Source: Sphyrna mokarran (lineage: Eukaryota). From it: DNA of 64,000 bases. A program made the translations under genes and the position numbers. Location: NCBI GenBank assembly GCA_024679065.1, contig JAGIQG010000007.1, positions 124,682,001-124,746,000 of the forward strand, in the 5' to 3' direction. Under the pieces are notes generated by a model. That model did not search any database. It worked only from the letters and a program-made list of their open reading frames with translations, and was not told where the DNA came from. Shown here piece by piece: positions 13,304 through 25,509 of this stretch (the stretch's first letter is position 1; the number at the start of each line of letters is the position of its first letter).

Positions 13304-14729
13304 TTAGTTTATTTTACACACACGCAGAAGTGGGGTGGGAGCTCATAATGTAGCCCCTGGTACATTCACACAATAAAAGAGGGTAAAGACATCAGACAAA
13401 CTAAGAATTATTGTTTACATGAGTCCAAAACCAAAAAGTCCAATGATGGATTTCTTAACAGACTGAAGCTGGTGTGGAGTAATCAAGTTTTCCAGTAACA
13501 CTGACTTCCATGCTGAGAGAAGCATGTGAGCTGAATTAATCTTGTAGTAGACACTTGTACAGAAGTTCAAATGTTCTACCAGGAACAGAAGTCCAGGCAA
13601 TTTAACATTGAACAGCGCTCTTTGCTGTTCTGTTGATAACAGATGGCAGACTGTTTTTGGTCAACTCCACAAGGCAATATTATGCAGTGGGTGGGAGGCA
13701 TTGTGAGGGAGGGGGGGTCTGTCATGTGCCAGAACTCCCACTTCTTCCCTTTGATTTGGACAAAGGACATTTACTCATGGCCAGGATTCCTGAGATACTT
13801 CATGTTGCACTCATAAGTTTCATGGGTTTCAGGGCCAATATGTCATTGAAGATGCATTGTCTTTTTGATGTGGCATCTGAACACAATGGCAGATCCCACT
13901 CCCCCATACTGGCCTGCCGTGCCACTGAATAGAGTGTAAAATACAGGGTGCATAAACATACATAGCAGGAAATACTCCATGTTCCCACCCCTACCACAAC
14001 CCACTCTCAAAATGGGGAGAATTTTACCCAGCATTGATTAAGAAAAATAGCTTTGGTCATAGTATGAGCAGGGTAAGAATCTGTCCACTTTTTTTTTAAT
14101 GTGAGTCATTGAGGATCCTTTTGTACCACTAGTGTGCAGTCCATGAACAAGATCCTTCCTCCCTACTATTTAAAATGAAGCATGGAATGAATCTTCCAGC
14201 CGAGAAATTTTGTCCACCAACTCAGTCCATCTCACTTGGACTCTGAAACTGAAGACGGCCAATTTATGAAACATACAGATAAAAAAACATAACAGACAGG
14301 AAAAGGCTTCATCGAGCCTATCGCGCACACACATCCATTTCAATGCCATGTGATCTTAGAGAGATGAGGATGCAGATAAAAATCCCACACAAATTGGGCA
14401 ATAAAGACTCTGGATAATTCCTCTCTGCTCCTTTTAGATAATTGAAGCAAGTTTGGGAAATCACTCTGGACCTGATTAACATTAAAAAAAATCTATCACT
14501 TGTACAAAGTGAGAAAGTACAAAACTCTTTGTGCAACTTCTTCAACCTCAGATGAAATTATTTCAATGCTTAACCAGGTATTTCCAATATTAGTAAATGT
14601 TGCTGCCCCTTAAAGTGACTTATTCTTCTCAACCATCATATTTGGCCAAGAGACCTATTGTTTTCTGATCTCTTTTCTCCATTTGAAACCCACTTTTTAG
14701 TTCTGTCTTGCAATAATACTGCCGTGGGT

Positions 14730-15105
14730 ATGTAGTACCTCTTGATATTACTAAATTACTTTGAAGTGCATAAATATTGTTGACGGGCAAATACAGCAGT
14801 TATTCTGCACGTAACTTGCAAATGTTTCACAAATAACATTGAGATAAATGGCCAATTCATAATTTATTTTTGTGATGTTATTCATTGAAGAAGATATATT
14901 GATGTCAGGCAAACTTCATGTTTAAGTTCTATGGGATCTTTAATTTCCAGTTACCAAACGATGGGCTTAAAATCTCAACCAAAGGACAGCAGTATTGCAC
15001 AAGTATTCTATCAAGGTGTCAGCTGGATTGGGCTCAAATGCTGGTGTAGGTTTGAAAATCATGTTCTAACCCAGAGGTGTGAGAATGCTTCTAACTGAGC
15101 CACAT
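14730..15105 (-). mobile_element. DeuSINE (SacSINE1-like), decayed
   Basis: atgggatctttaatttcc..tctcaaccaaaggacagcag..gtgtcagc..ttgaa..cagagg..actgagccaca corresponds to the reverse complement of a tRNA head plus Deu domain. Confidence 0.6.
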
Positions 15106-16075
15106 TCACACAGTATTTTTCTCCCAATTCTGACACCTACAGCCAGTCAATCTCCAGCTGACAGTCACTTTTTTTTAAGAGAAACATACTAACTGTTCAA
15201 AGTTTATACAAGTCAATGATATTACTATGGCCTGGAGCAAGCCTGTCACATGGAAGATGTGTAATAGCAAATGGCAGGCATTTGCATTGTGGAGCTTGCT
15301 TATGGGTGAGTAATTTATCATATTTAATGTTCCCCACATTTGAGTAAAATGTTCTGCAAGGTAGATTTGTTAAACTGTTGACAGATTTATGGGGACTATC
15401 TTGTAGTTCTATTATTTGCATAATAGATCTAGTAAGGGACATGTGGATTTTCAAGAATGGTGTCAAAGCAGTTTCAAATCTTGCATAATATGCGTAATTG
15501 TCTCCATTGTAGCACCTTCAGCACAAATGTTTCACAAACGTGAAATGTAACACAGTTCAAAAAACCAGCTGTTTGACTACTGTAACTATCTCTGCGTGAA
15601 ACTAACAAAAATGATACATTTACTTATAACACAACATGAGACTGACTTCTCTCTTCCTGTCATCATAAATGAGAAGTGAAATCCAGATAAATTCACAGAA
15701 AACTACCCTGCATGTGTTCATACAACAGCTCCAGGTAATTCTGCTTAACTCAACCTTTCCTGAAGTCTACCATCCATTTCTTTGACTTTTTATTACCCGA
15801 TTCACTCATTCTTTTTTCAGTCACGACATTCAATCTAACTACGTTGAGGTTACGATTTTTCAAATGTTCTCTTCCTCTCACGTCAGTTAGTTCCCATTTC
15901 GTTGCTTCAATTAAGTCAAATAATCCTTCATTCCTTGTTAAATTAAAAGCATACCCATTTAGGAAACTTCCCTGATTGCATTTAAAATGTTCCCACTTTT
16001 ATCAACAGATACCTTATCTTAGAACAGTTAAAAGTCATCAAATATTGCCAAATTGTTGTTTTTATGTATCTTTCT

Positions 16076-16337
16076 TATTTATTTATTCGCTGCAAGTAGG
16101 CTTACGTTATCACTGCAATGAAATTATTATGAAAGTCTTCCAGTTGCCACACTCCAGCATCGGTGGCAACGAGGGGTACACTGAGGGAGAATTTAGCATA
16201 GCCAATGCACCTATCCAGCATGTATTTCGGACTGTTTGAGGAAACCAAAGCACCTGGAGGAAACCCATGCGGACATGAGAAGAACATGCAAACTCTGCAC
16301 AGACAGTGATCCAAGCCAGGAATTGAACCTGATTCCC
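16076..16337 (-). mobile_element. HE1-type V-SINE, alternative-tail subfamily
   Basis: HE1 body joined to tail ..ctccctcagtgtacc..ggagtgtggcaact..ttcattgcagtg..gcctacttg..aataaat. Confidence 0.85.
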
Positions 16338-17119
16338 AAAAAGGGTTCTTCTCAGTACAAACTGTATTTTGCCCCTCATGTGATATTCTCTGACCATAAT
16401 GCGTGTTTTGTGGCTGGGTGTGAGGGCTGGAAAATCACTCCAATTATGTTGCTTTACCTGTCCAAAATTAGGCTACAACTATAGTACAACAACGATTTCA
16501 TGATCTTCACAATTATAAGATTTTCATATTTTCAATTCTATTTTGCACTTTTTTCTGATTCATATCTGTATCACTCACCCCTGACTCCATTCTAAACTGT
16601 TGGTCTTCTTTCCTCTGACTTTTTCCTTTAAATGTTTGACCCACTTTGCCCCTTCTGCACGCTGTTTATGCCTCCATTGATCATATTTTCTCCCTATTTC
16701 TTTCAGGGAACTTTTCTACTCCAGTAATTTCAAGAGTCCTGTTCTACTTGTCCAGTCACAAACCTCTACTATTTCTGACATTATTAACTTATTGGCTACT
16801 GCTCAATTTATCATCATTAGCAGGTTGTTATGGGCTAATTCCATTGACTGGCCTGCATAAATGATGCTTGGGAGTTTGCTCTCACCTCACGTCAACTAGG
16901 TTTGGTGAACTTGATACACTCTCTGCCAATCTCATACTGGCCACACACCCAGAGCTAAAATTCCCAATATCTATTGGATAGTTCCAATTATACAGCTTGC
17001 CAGTTAATTCTTCCCCTGGTCCTTATTGATTATAATGTTTAATAAAATCATCCTCATGCTTTCTTACCTTGCACAATGTCCCAAGCACTACATGAATAAA
17101 ATTTTTAAAAAATGCACAG

Positions 17120-18125
17120 ATGAAAAGTGTTGATAAGTTGCCCCTATATTTTTAAGGTATGCCTGCATTTTTGTGGGATACTTGGAACATTCCTTGTGCA
17201 GTCCGACTCATGGGCCCTCCCTTACGTTTTTCCAGTACATTGATGACTATGTTGGAATATTACCTATTCTCACCTTGGATTTGAAAGTTTCATCAACTTT
17301 GCCTCCAGTTTCCAGTCTTCTCTCATTTTCATGTGGTCCATCTCCAACACTCCCTCCCTTTCCTCAATCTCTCTGCCTCAATTTCTGAGGATAGGCTATC
17401 AAAAAACTTTCACCATGTGCCCACCGACTTCCAAAACTGCCTTGATCACCTGCTTTGTAAGCACTTCCATTCTACCTGTTTCTCAGTCTTTGTCACATTG
17501 TTCTGATGATATAACATTTCCTTCCAATGTTTCTGGAATGAATTTGTTTTTTGCTCAACCAAAGATTCCCTGTCATCATGATTGGCTGTACGCTCGATTC
17601 TAATCAACCTACTCTTGCTCTTATGCTCTGAAATCATTCCTGCCCTCCCTGGAGCATGATAGAGTTTCTCTTTGCCTCACCTTCCATTCTACTAGCCTCT
17701 CTATTCAACAAGTCATCCTCTGTCATCTTTGCTACTCCCAGCACGGTGCCACTATCTTCCCCTTCCCTCTAAGTATTCTTAAAAGACTATCCATCTGTGA
17801 CACTGAGTCTGCTCCTCAATGACCCCTGCACACATCCATCCACTGTTGATGTAAATCCAAAAATCTATGGCACAGCATTGTTCTAACGCAAGCCCAGGAG
17901 ATATAACAGTTGACCTTTAACCTCCTCTCCATGACCTCAAACACTCCTCCAGGTGAAACAATCTTTTATACGTGCATCTTTCAATTTGGAAGATTGCATT
18001 CGCTGCTCACAATGTGGAGAGCTCTACATTGGAGAGACAACTTTTTGAAAAACTTTTCCAAGTTCTGATGAAAGGTCATCAACCTGAAATGTGAATTTAT
18101 TTCTCCCTCCACAGATGTGGTGCAT
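17120..18125 (+). mobile_element. Decayed Penelope-like element (RT, GIY-YIG endonuclease, pLTR with hammerhead remnant)
   Basis: RT motif FQYIDD (YIDD at 17236-17247), preceded by ACIFVGYLEHSL. GIY-YIG-like CIRCSQCGELYIGET at ~17995-18040. Hammerhead-like agtt-CTGATGA-a-aggt/acct-GAAA at 18061-18097. Confidence 0.8.
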
Positions 18126-19436
18126 TTCACATGTTATGTGTTTGTGCAACTCATTACATGTGTGTTGTAAGCAATGTAATATCAATTCCTACCTCGTAGC
18201 TATTTACAGCTCAGGCACCAAATGTAGCAGTTTAATCAGTCCTTATTGTTGAATAGTGAAATTCAAGTAAATTCAAACTTTAATACTTATGCACCAATTG
18301 TGTGCCTAAGTGTTGAAGTTACTTCCACTTTGTCCAAACTCATCTAGCTTCTCCCATTTTATTTTGTTACCCTCTTATAACTCAAGAAGAAGGTAATTGA
18401 ATATCCATGGCTGACTTGTACTGAAATTGGTGTCGAGCCAGAAGGTGAACAATGGGACAGGCCCCTTGGACATTTTAATTAGATTGCCACTTTTATGGAA
18501 ATGGGGCACCAGAAAAACCAAGTGGAAAGGCAGAATGGGAATGTGATGCTCAACCCTCACCGACATACTGGAGGTGAGATTCTCTGAACTCATCGCACTC
18601 TTAGTAGATCGCACCAGTCCCAGAGAATAGCCAATATGTGAGCCTATAAATCCATTGTATGCACCGCACCAAACAATTTACATGTCTCCCAGTCCCTTCC
18701 TAATGGCACCAACCAGATCGCATCCTGAAAGGGCGTGAGTCTGTTTAGCTTATTTAAAGTAACATTTAAATATGTGTAGCCCATTCAAATCCCAGCACGC
18801 ATAACTTATTGGTATTGGGTGTGACGCAATAACTGAGTGCATAGTAACCTCCATTAATGGAGACCTGGCACATTAGTCATGCCAGGGGACTCTGAGGGCA
18901 TTGAAGTCTCCAGGTGGTCTGGAGCATGGCTGGGTGAGTGCCCACTTGGTAGGGTTCAGCTGGCACACTAGTAATGCTCAACTGGCATAGCAGAGGTGTA
19001 TGGCAGTGGACACCAGACAACCAGGCAGTGCCAGTTAGGTATGTACTGTGCTAGGGACAGTGCCAAGGGGGTGAAGTCTGAGTGGGGCCAAGACGGGGGT
19101 GGGGGGGGTGGTCTGATGGAATAGGTATGGGAGGGGGTGCAGGGGTGCGTTGTGAAGGTGGTCTTGATGTTGGGGGTCAGGGCAGGGGACCCCATTGGGC
19201 AGGATCCAATGCCCTGATCACTGCTGAGCTGTGTCAAGGTGCGTGTGGGGTGGGGGTGGGGGCAGTTGTCGGGGGTGAGCACACCATCCATTGCCCCCCC
19301 TCCCCCCAGTACCAGTACAAAACCCCAACCTCTCTAAAAAGTGACTGATTTTGGGAGGATCGTGATGTGGGACACACTTGATAGACTGGTGTGGATCTCT
19401 CCATTATTCTTGATGTTATGACACTTCGAAACTTCT

Positions 19437-19730
19437 AGTTTATTTATTAGTGTCACAAGTAGGCTTACATTAATGAAGTTACCGTGATTGTGAAAATCCC
19501 CTAGTTGCCTCACCATGGTGCCCATTTGGGTACACTGAGGGAGAATTTAGCATGGACACTTTCAGACTGTGGGAGGAAAAGGGAGCATCTGGAGGAAACC
19601 CACGCAAACGAGAAGTAAACATGGGGAGAATGTGCAGACTCCACACAGACAGTGACCCAAGCCGGGAATTGAACCCGAGTCCCTGATGCTGTGAGGCAGC
19701 AGTGCTAACCACTGTGCCACCGCACTGACC
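19437..19730 (-). mobile_element. HE1-type V-SINE, alternative-tail subfamily
   Basis: Clear head ggtggcacagtggttagcactgctgcctcacag and tail gcctacttgtgacactaataaataaact. Confidence 0.9.
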
Positions 19731-20939
19731 CTTTTTGGGGAATTCTGTCCTTGTCCTCATCCTTACTTCTGGAAAGAGCACAATAGTAAACTTGGATCTC
19801 AAGTTTGTACAATGATTCACATTGCTCATCAATGCCAACATAATTTTCACCCATTTTCCTAAAATGAATGTTCTATATTTAAAAAATACATGGATATGCA
19901 GTGTGAAGACATTTAATTCTGTTGGACAATAAAAGAGCATGCATTGTGTTGCACTTTTTAGAACCTCTGGGTGATGGTACAAAGTTAGAATGAAGCAAGA
20001 AGTGAAGCAACTTTTTGTGTAGCCTTGGGACATCAAACAAGAATGTGATGGACTTTGGGACAACTGGCAAACTGTGTGAAGGAATGTCCTACAATTCCAA
20101 ATGGGAATATATACACAGAACCTGAATGCTTGTGGTTTAATTTAGTTTTACCCACGGGATATAAAGATGAACAAAGCCTGAACATTTAGTCACAGATATC
20201 TTTCAAGTTGTTTGCTTAACTTAAACCTAAAGAAGCTTTTTGTTCTCCCTGCAGTGTCACCAGAGACCTTTGCAAGTAGAGGTATAGATGTTGACAGGCT
20301 AGATGTGAAATTAATATAACTCATATAACCTGTCTGTCAAAGTGGAGGCTTCTGCCAGTGACGGATCTCTTAGGTTGCTGAGAACTAGAGCTCTCCCTAG
20401 AATAATCACATTTCTTTCTCTTCCATCTTGTGATGGACTATTTGTATAAACTCTCAACGTAATATGACACGGTGAAGATTGGGAGTTTTTTTAAACCGCA
20501 ACGAGTCTGTTAAAAGAACAATTTTTGGGCAATCAGTGTCATCTAACAGAGGTTTGGTGTGGCATTCTTCCCTTTCCTTCTCGTTATTTGATGTGAGTAG
20601 AATCGTACCCTTGCGTTTGAATTGAATATCTTGCTCCAAGTCTCTTGGTAATTAGTATTGTAGAACAGAGAGTCTTTTTTCCCACAGCTTCAAAATATTG
20701 CAAATATATAAAAGGTACAACAGCTTTACACAGCATTTAATTTCTCCAAGAGTGATCTTTGATCACACTTAGTTGTTCCTTAGTGAACATGTGTACTATA
20801 TCCATTTTTTAAGTTAATTTGAATCTGCTCAAACTAGAATAAACATTTCTGATTATTTTTTATGCTGTTTTAGTTCAAACCTTTGATTTCTGGGTGATAT
20901 TTAGGTTGATGTACATATATGTAGTAACTTGTTTGTAGT

Positions 20940-21263
20940 TCATAGAATCCCAACAGTGCAGAAGTAGGCCATTCAGCCCATTGGACCAGCACTAACAATA
21001 ATCCCACCCTGACCCTATTGTATTTCTTAGATCTTGAAGCACTTCCAGACAATAGTTAATTTGGAAATGCAGTGAATGTGTGACATCTTGGCATGGCTGA
21101 TCCACCTAACCCACTGTGGAAGGAAACCAGAACACCCAGAGGAAATCCACACAGACATGGGGAAAATGTGCAAACTCCAGACAGACAGAGGCCCAAGGTG
21201 GGAATTGAACCCAAATCCCTGGTACTATGAGGCAGCAGTGCTAACCACTGTGCTGTCGTGCCG
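20940..21263 (-). mobile_element. HE1-type V-SINE with internal replacement (~21020-21085)
   Basis: HE1 head, body and CR1-type tail (ctgttgggattctatg), with an unrelated segment in the middle. Confidence 0.85.
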
Positions 21264-21589
21264 TGTTGAGTTGTGACAGGGATAAGAGTGCGACCCTCAG
21301 AACTAAATCAGTGGGCGAATATATGCATAACAGGTGAATAAATTTCAACATTTGTTTGATACTTTGAGAAAAAAATGAAAATATAGCATTGTCTTCACTC
21401 AGGATTCTCCAGCATTCCACATCCTACTATAGATGTAAAGATGATGTTACTTGTGCTACAAGATATTGTACAATGCTGTATTTTGAGTGATACCCTTAGT
21501 TATGTTATGACCAGGCTGGAAAGTATGAACACTCTGTCAAGCTTGAGGTTGTACCATTCGTTTAAAAATTTAAATCATTCACCTGAATT

Positions 21590-22545
21590 TGATTTTTTTT
21601 AAACCTGATTTATTATTATGTGTATTGGTATAATGAAAACTATTGTTTTTTGCATGCTATACTGATAAAACATACCATTCGTCGAGTACGTAGGGGTAAA
21701 GGAAAGGAGAGGGTGCATGTAGGGGTTTTTTTCAGAGGTTAAATATTGAACTGAACTCTAGCTAAAACTAAGACTCATGACAACAGTATCCTTGTGAAAG
21801 GTGATCTTTATTGACCAACCTCCGCTGGAAGCCAAGTGCTCTGCAGTCCAAAACTTCTCTGAGGTTACATCACAGTGGCAATATAATTATGCAATTTCTA
21901 CAAGTCACTTTATCTGTGCTTCCCACCCCCGGACATGAACCAATTATCATTAGTAGAAGTCAGTCATTATTAGTAAATGTGATGTGTCTTGATTTCTGAC
22001 TGTCTTTCCCATGGCCGTCTGTAGATCGTCCCACTTGTTTAATGAGTTGTCTATTCGTTAAACTGTCTGGGATTACTGGATTCATCCTTAGCTGATGAAT
22101 ATTCTTATTCAGGAGGATAGTCTAGAGCCAGTGCCAGTAAGAGCTATTCTTATGTGAGTGTATTGTAATAAAGAATGTGATTCATTTTACTTGACTATTT
22201 CCTATGATGCCTTGGAACTCTGCCAGTAACTTGTATGCTCAGATGGATGCCTTTTCAATAATACACTCTCAGAAATACATGTTTGAATTCTTGAACAATG
22301 GTTATATGTGTTTCCATGCAGAAAGTACCTCTATAAAATATATGTTTGTGGCAGTCTGTGATTTTTATCCTAAGTTAATCCATTTCATTTTAATAGTCTT
22401 TATTACTGTTTTAGTTCCTGGGTATTTTGAAATCCTCTAACAAGATAGGATGTCATTTTAGCTAGGGTGTAGAGAATGATCAACTTCATATAAGTTCGCT
22501 TCAAAAGTCTGATGCCAGCAGGAAAGAAGCTGTTTTTGAGTTGGA
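21590..22545 (-). mobile_element. Rex1/Babar 3' UTR fragment split by an insertion at 21718-22442
   Basis: 21590-21717 and 22443-22545 are colinear with the Rex1 3' end at 6962-7150 (tail, ggaaaggagagggtgca | ..gtgtagagaatgatcaactt..agcaggaaagaagctgttttt). Confidence 0.6.
21718..22442 (+). mobile_element. Possible solo LTR (725 bp)
   Basis: Begins TGTAGGGG and ends CCTCTAACA, has an internal AATAAA (~22167), and cleanly interrupts a Rex1 fragment. No clear TSD. Confidence 0.4.
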
Positions 22546-22611
22546 ATGTCTTCTAATTATTTACTTTTGCTTCTGTTAGACCCAAAATAACAGAGCCTTT
22601 ACTCAGGTTTC

Positions 22612-22809
22612 TTTTAATATCGAAATGATTGATTTATTATAAGTCAAAATCTTTTTTGTTAAAACAAGCTGCAAGAAAGGGGATATTATTCTCTGGAAGT
22701 ATTACCATCTTTCAATAATCTTAATGATTGATTTAATATAAATCAAAATTTCTTGCGTTAAAACAAGCAGCAAGAACAGGGGTATTATACTTTGGAAGTA
22801 TTACCATCT
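22612..22809 (+). repeat. Diverged tandem duplication, ~99-bp unit x2
   Basis: aatgattgattt..ttaaaacaagc.gcaagaa..tggaagtattaccatct occurs twice head to tail, ending at 22710 and 22809. Confidence 0.9.
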
Positions 22810-23538
22810 ATCCCTTTGTGAAAATACCTAGCACACGTGCACAACACATGTATGCACGCACACCAACACATACAAAAAGATAAATGTATAGGGTTTTTGC
22901 ACAGACGGATTTTGGATGATAGGCTCTATAAACTACAGGATAAATTTCTGAGGATTTCAATGCTGTCCATCTGGTGCTCTGTTGTGTGAAGATGGCTGCA
23001 GTCTGTCTGGAAGTTCTCAACAATGGAGCTTTAGCTTGAATGAAAACAGAGCTCATCTCAGCTTTTCAGGTTTCCAAACAAGGACATGTAATATCCAGGT
23101 TAGAGTTCTCTGGCAGCAGGTTGTTAACCACACACAGAATTTCAGGCAAGACACAAAGACAGCGAGTTTGGCCAGCCTTGCTTCTCAGCTTATTCTCCAA
23201 ACCGCACTTACTTCAATTACAACAGGTCAAAACCTGAAGCATGTCTTTGTGATGTGATTTCCTTGTAATGTAAATCATTAATTAAAGTGATTGCAGTGCA
23301 AACAAACACACAGCTCATTTCTCCTCAGGTAGCACGCTGGTCAGGTGATGTCCAGCAAAAAAAAAGGCTTGCAACTATCAGAAGGTGAACTTATGACCCT
23401 TTTCTTAAAATCTGTAGGTCAGCATCCAGGTGTCCAATGTCTTTCTATATTAAAAAAGGAAAATGGTTTTGAGATGTATGATTTTCCCAACAATTCAATG
23501 CTGAACAGTACAAAGAATTGTAACATACATCACCTTAC

Positions 23539-23553
23539 CAGATTCAATGCAGG
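23539..23553 (-). other. Candidate 15-nt microexon of an unidentified host gene
   Basis: Minus strand reads ctgac (branch point-like)...tgc-T-run-ctttccttcag|CCTGCATTGAATCTG|gtaagg. Length is a multiple of 3 and the flanks lack recognisable repeats. Confidence 0.35.
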
Positions 23554-24188
23554 CTGAAGGAAAGAAAAAAAAAGCATACACTTTCTGCATCTGTCAGTTG
23601 AAATTACAGCTGTGTTGCATTCTACTTGGCAACTTATCGAAGCAACTGCAACTTGTGAACCAAATCATTTTAGGGTGGAACTTTAAATGTCTGCAGTGAA
23701 ACAGATGAAGTGGGATAGTAGCTTCACCAATTATTTTGGGTAATTTATAAAAGAACTGCTTTCAGATAAAGCAAAAACTATCACTTTGATAATCTTCAAG
23801 ATTAAATTCTTTTTGTTTGTAAATCTATAATAGAAAACTTGACACTTTGCAACTCTTCACTTCAACCTTATAAGACTTAAAAAAACTTAAAATGGTGACG
23901 TAGAATTAATGAACGTTTAAGTTTAGAACTGAACATTTTTGGAAACATACAATGATTGAACTCTCTCTTCCAGTTACAAAGAGGATACATATTTGAATTG
24001 CAGATTTCTGATGCTTATGATTCAAAGCATTGGCTTTTGTAGGGTTTTTCATTTTTAAGGTAGAAAGTTGAAGAAAGATTAAGTTATCTATTTTTTGGTG
24101 AAATTTGAACAAGTTTTCTGTATTGATTATCTTCAAAGAACAATTTCCTATTGCAAGTGGTGCCATATCTGTTGTAGTTCTAATCCAT

Positions 24189-24230
24189 TATATATGTGTG
24201 TGTATGTATATATATATATATATATATATG
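24189..24230 (+). repeat. (TG)/(TA)n microsatellite
   Basis: Short TG run followed by a long TA run. Confidence 0.9.
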
Positions 24231-25059
24231 TAATTTCATGGCGTGAGTGGACTCAAATGAAATGTGTCTTCTATCATGACTACATCCATTGTAAGAATTT
24301 CTGTGGGCAGCAGAGATGTTTTGCAGAAAGTAGACATGCAAAAAGAGCCATTAAGCTTTTCTTGGATTCACTGAAAAAAAAAAGCAACTGGAAAGATTTG
24401 GAAAATCAGTGAAGCTTTAACTGCAGACTGCCCTCTTTGCTGTAGTGCCCCAGGGGGCTGCAGATTGTAACAGACTTGCCCACTGGCAGTGGTTGTGCAG
24501 AAATGACAGTCTGATGATGAATCCAGTCACTGATCTTGACTACTGAGCCTTGCAGAGTTTTTTGTGACTGATGAGCTAGCTCGATCAACCTGACAGCTGC
24601 CCAGGCTCCTAGATCCATTCTGCTGGAACTCAGTGCCCTACCTTGTCAGATTGCTAACAGACCCTTGACACATGCTTTCCTGGGTATACTTGTATGAATA
24701 TTATAGAAGAAGACTTTGAAGGGTAATTGCTATCTATTTTTCAAGAATGTAATTTTTGAGGCTTTTATATGATTTTAAGGAAAAACAGAGATTGCTTTCT
24801 CCTAAAATATTACAGTTTTGATGCTCTGTTGTGCGCTGAATTGTATCACCTAAGGCCACTTATCTGCATGATACAGGTTCATAGGTATACCTCAACCTTA
24901 GAGTTAACCTATATTTTTCAACATCATTGGTCGATGAAGACATTAATTTCATGTTACTTTAAATATTATGCTATATTTGTAAAATCTAGAAACACTACAG
25001 GCAATATTATGTGTGCTGCTTTGAATTTATAAAAGCAAATATAATTACACATGATTAAA

Positions 25060-25370
25060 TTGTTGAAAGAAACATTTATTCAAAGCTTTTGGTTTTGCAC
25101 TCATCAGGACGTTCACAAGAGCACTAATGCGAGGGGAAATAACAGCTTTATTATGTATGAGAAGGGAATACTAATTGGTTGGCAAGGGGAATCTGGGGGG
25201 TGGAAGCATTGCCATGGAGAATGCAGCAGTTCATGTTCACTGACAGTTAACTGCCAAATATTGTTTGAAATTTAAACCAGACAACTTGACTGTAGTTGGT
25301 AAAGGTATTGCCCTGTGGAATGAACCAATGAATAACTATCATTTATTTTGCTTAGTTGAAACAGACAGAA
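25060..25370 (-). mobile_element. Decayed hammerhead-bearing retroelement terminal repeat (PLE-like)
   Basis: Minus strand 25110-25078 reads gtc-CTGATGA-gtgcaaaac-cAAA-agct-tt-gaa, followed by an AATAAA. This fits a minimal type I hammerhead with a mutated GAAA. Confidence 0.45.
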
Positions 25371-25371
25371 T

Positions 25372-25509
25372 GGACAAGATTTTCCAATTCTGTCCCCTCT
25401 CCCACGATTCACCATATTGTTAATGGGTTTCCCCGTTCTATGCACCTTCTACAGGAGGGGTTCATCGTAAGCAGGACCCTACTGATGAGAAAGGCGGAAA
25501 ATTCAGGCC
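25372..25509. mobile_element. Short MITE with 3-bp TSD
   Basis: TIRs ggacaagattttcc and ggaaaattcaggcc, flanked by aat on both sides. Confidence 0.55.

Noticed and set aside
19670-19730. tRNA gene-like A and B boxes
   Set aside because: This is the tRNA-derived head of a SINE, continuous with the SINE body; no complete cloverleaf.
19479-20063. 194-aa ORF
   Set aside because: Reads through an HE1 SINE and AT-rich flank; a chance frame.
24440-24475. CTCF-like motif (gccccagggggctgc)
   Set aside because: A single imperfect match that cannot be supported from sequence alone.
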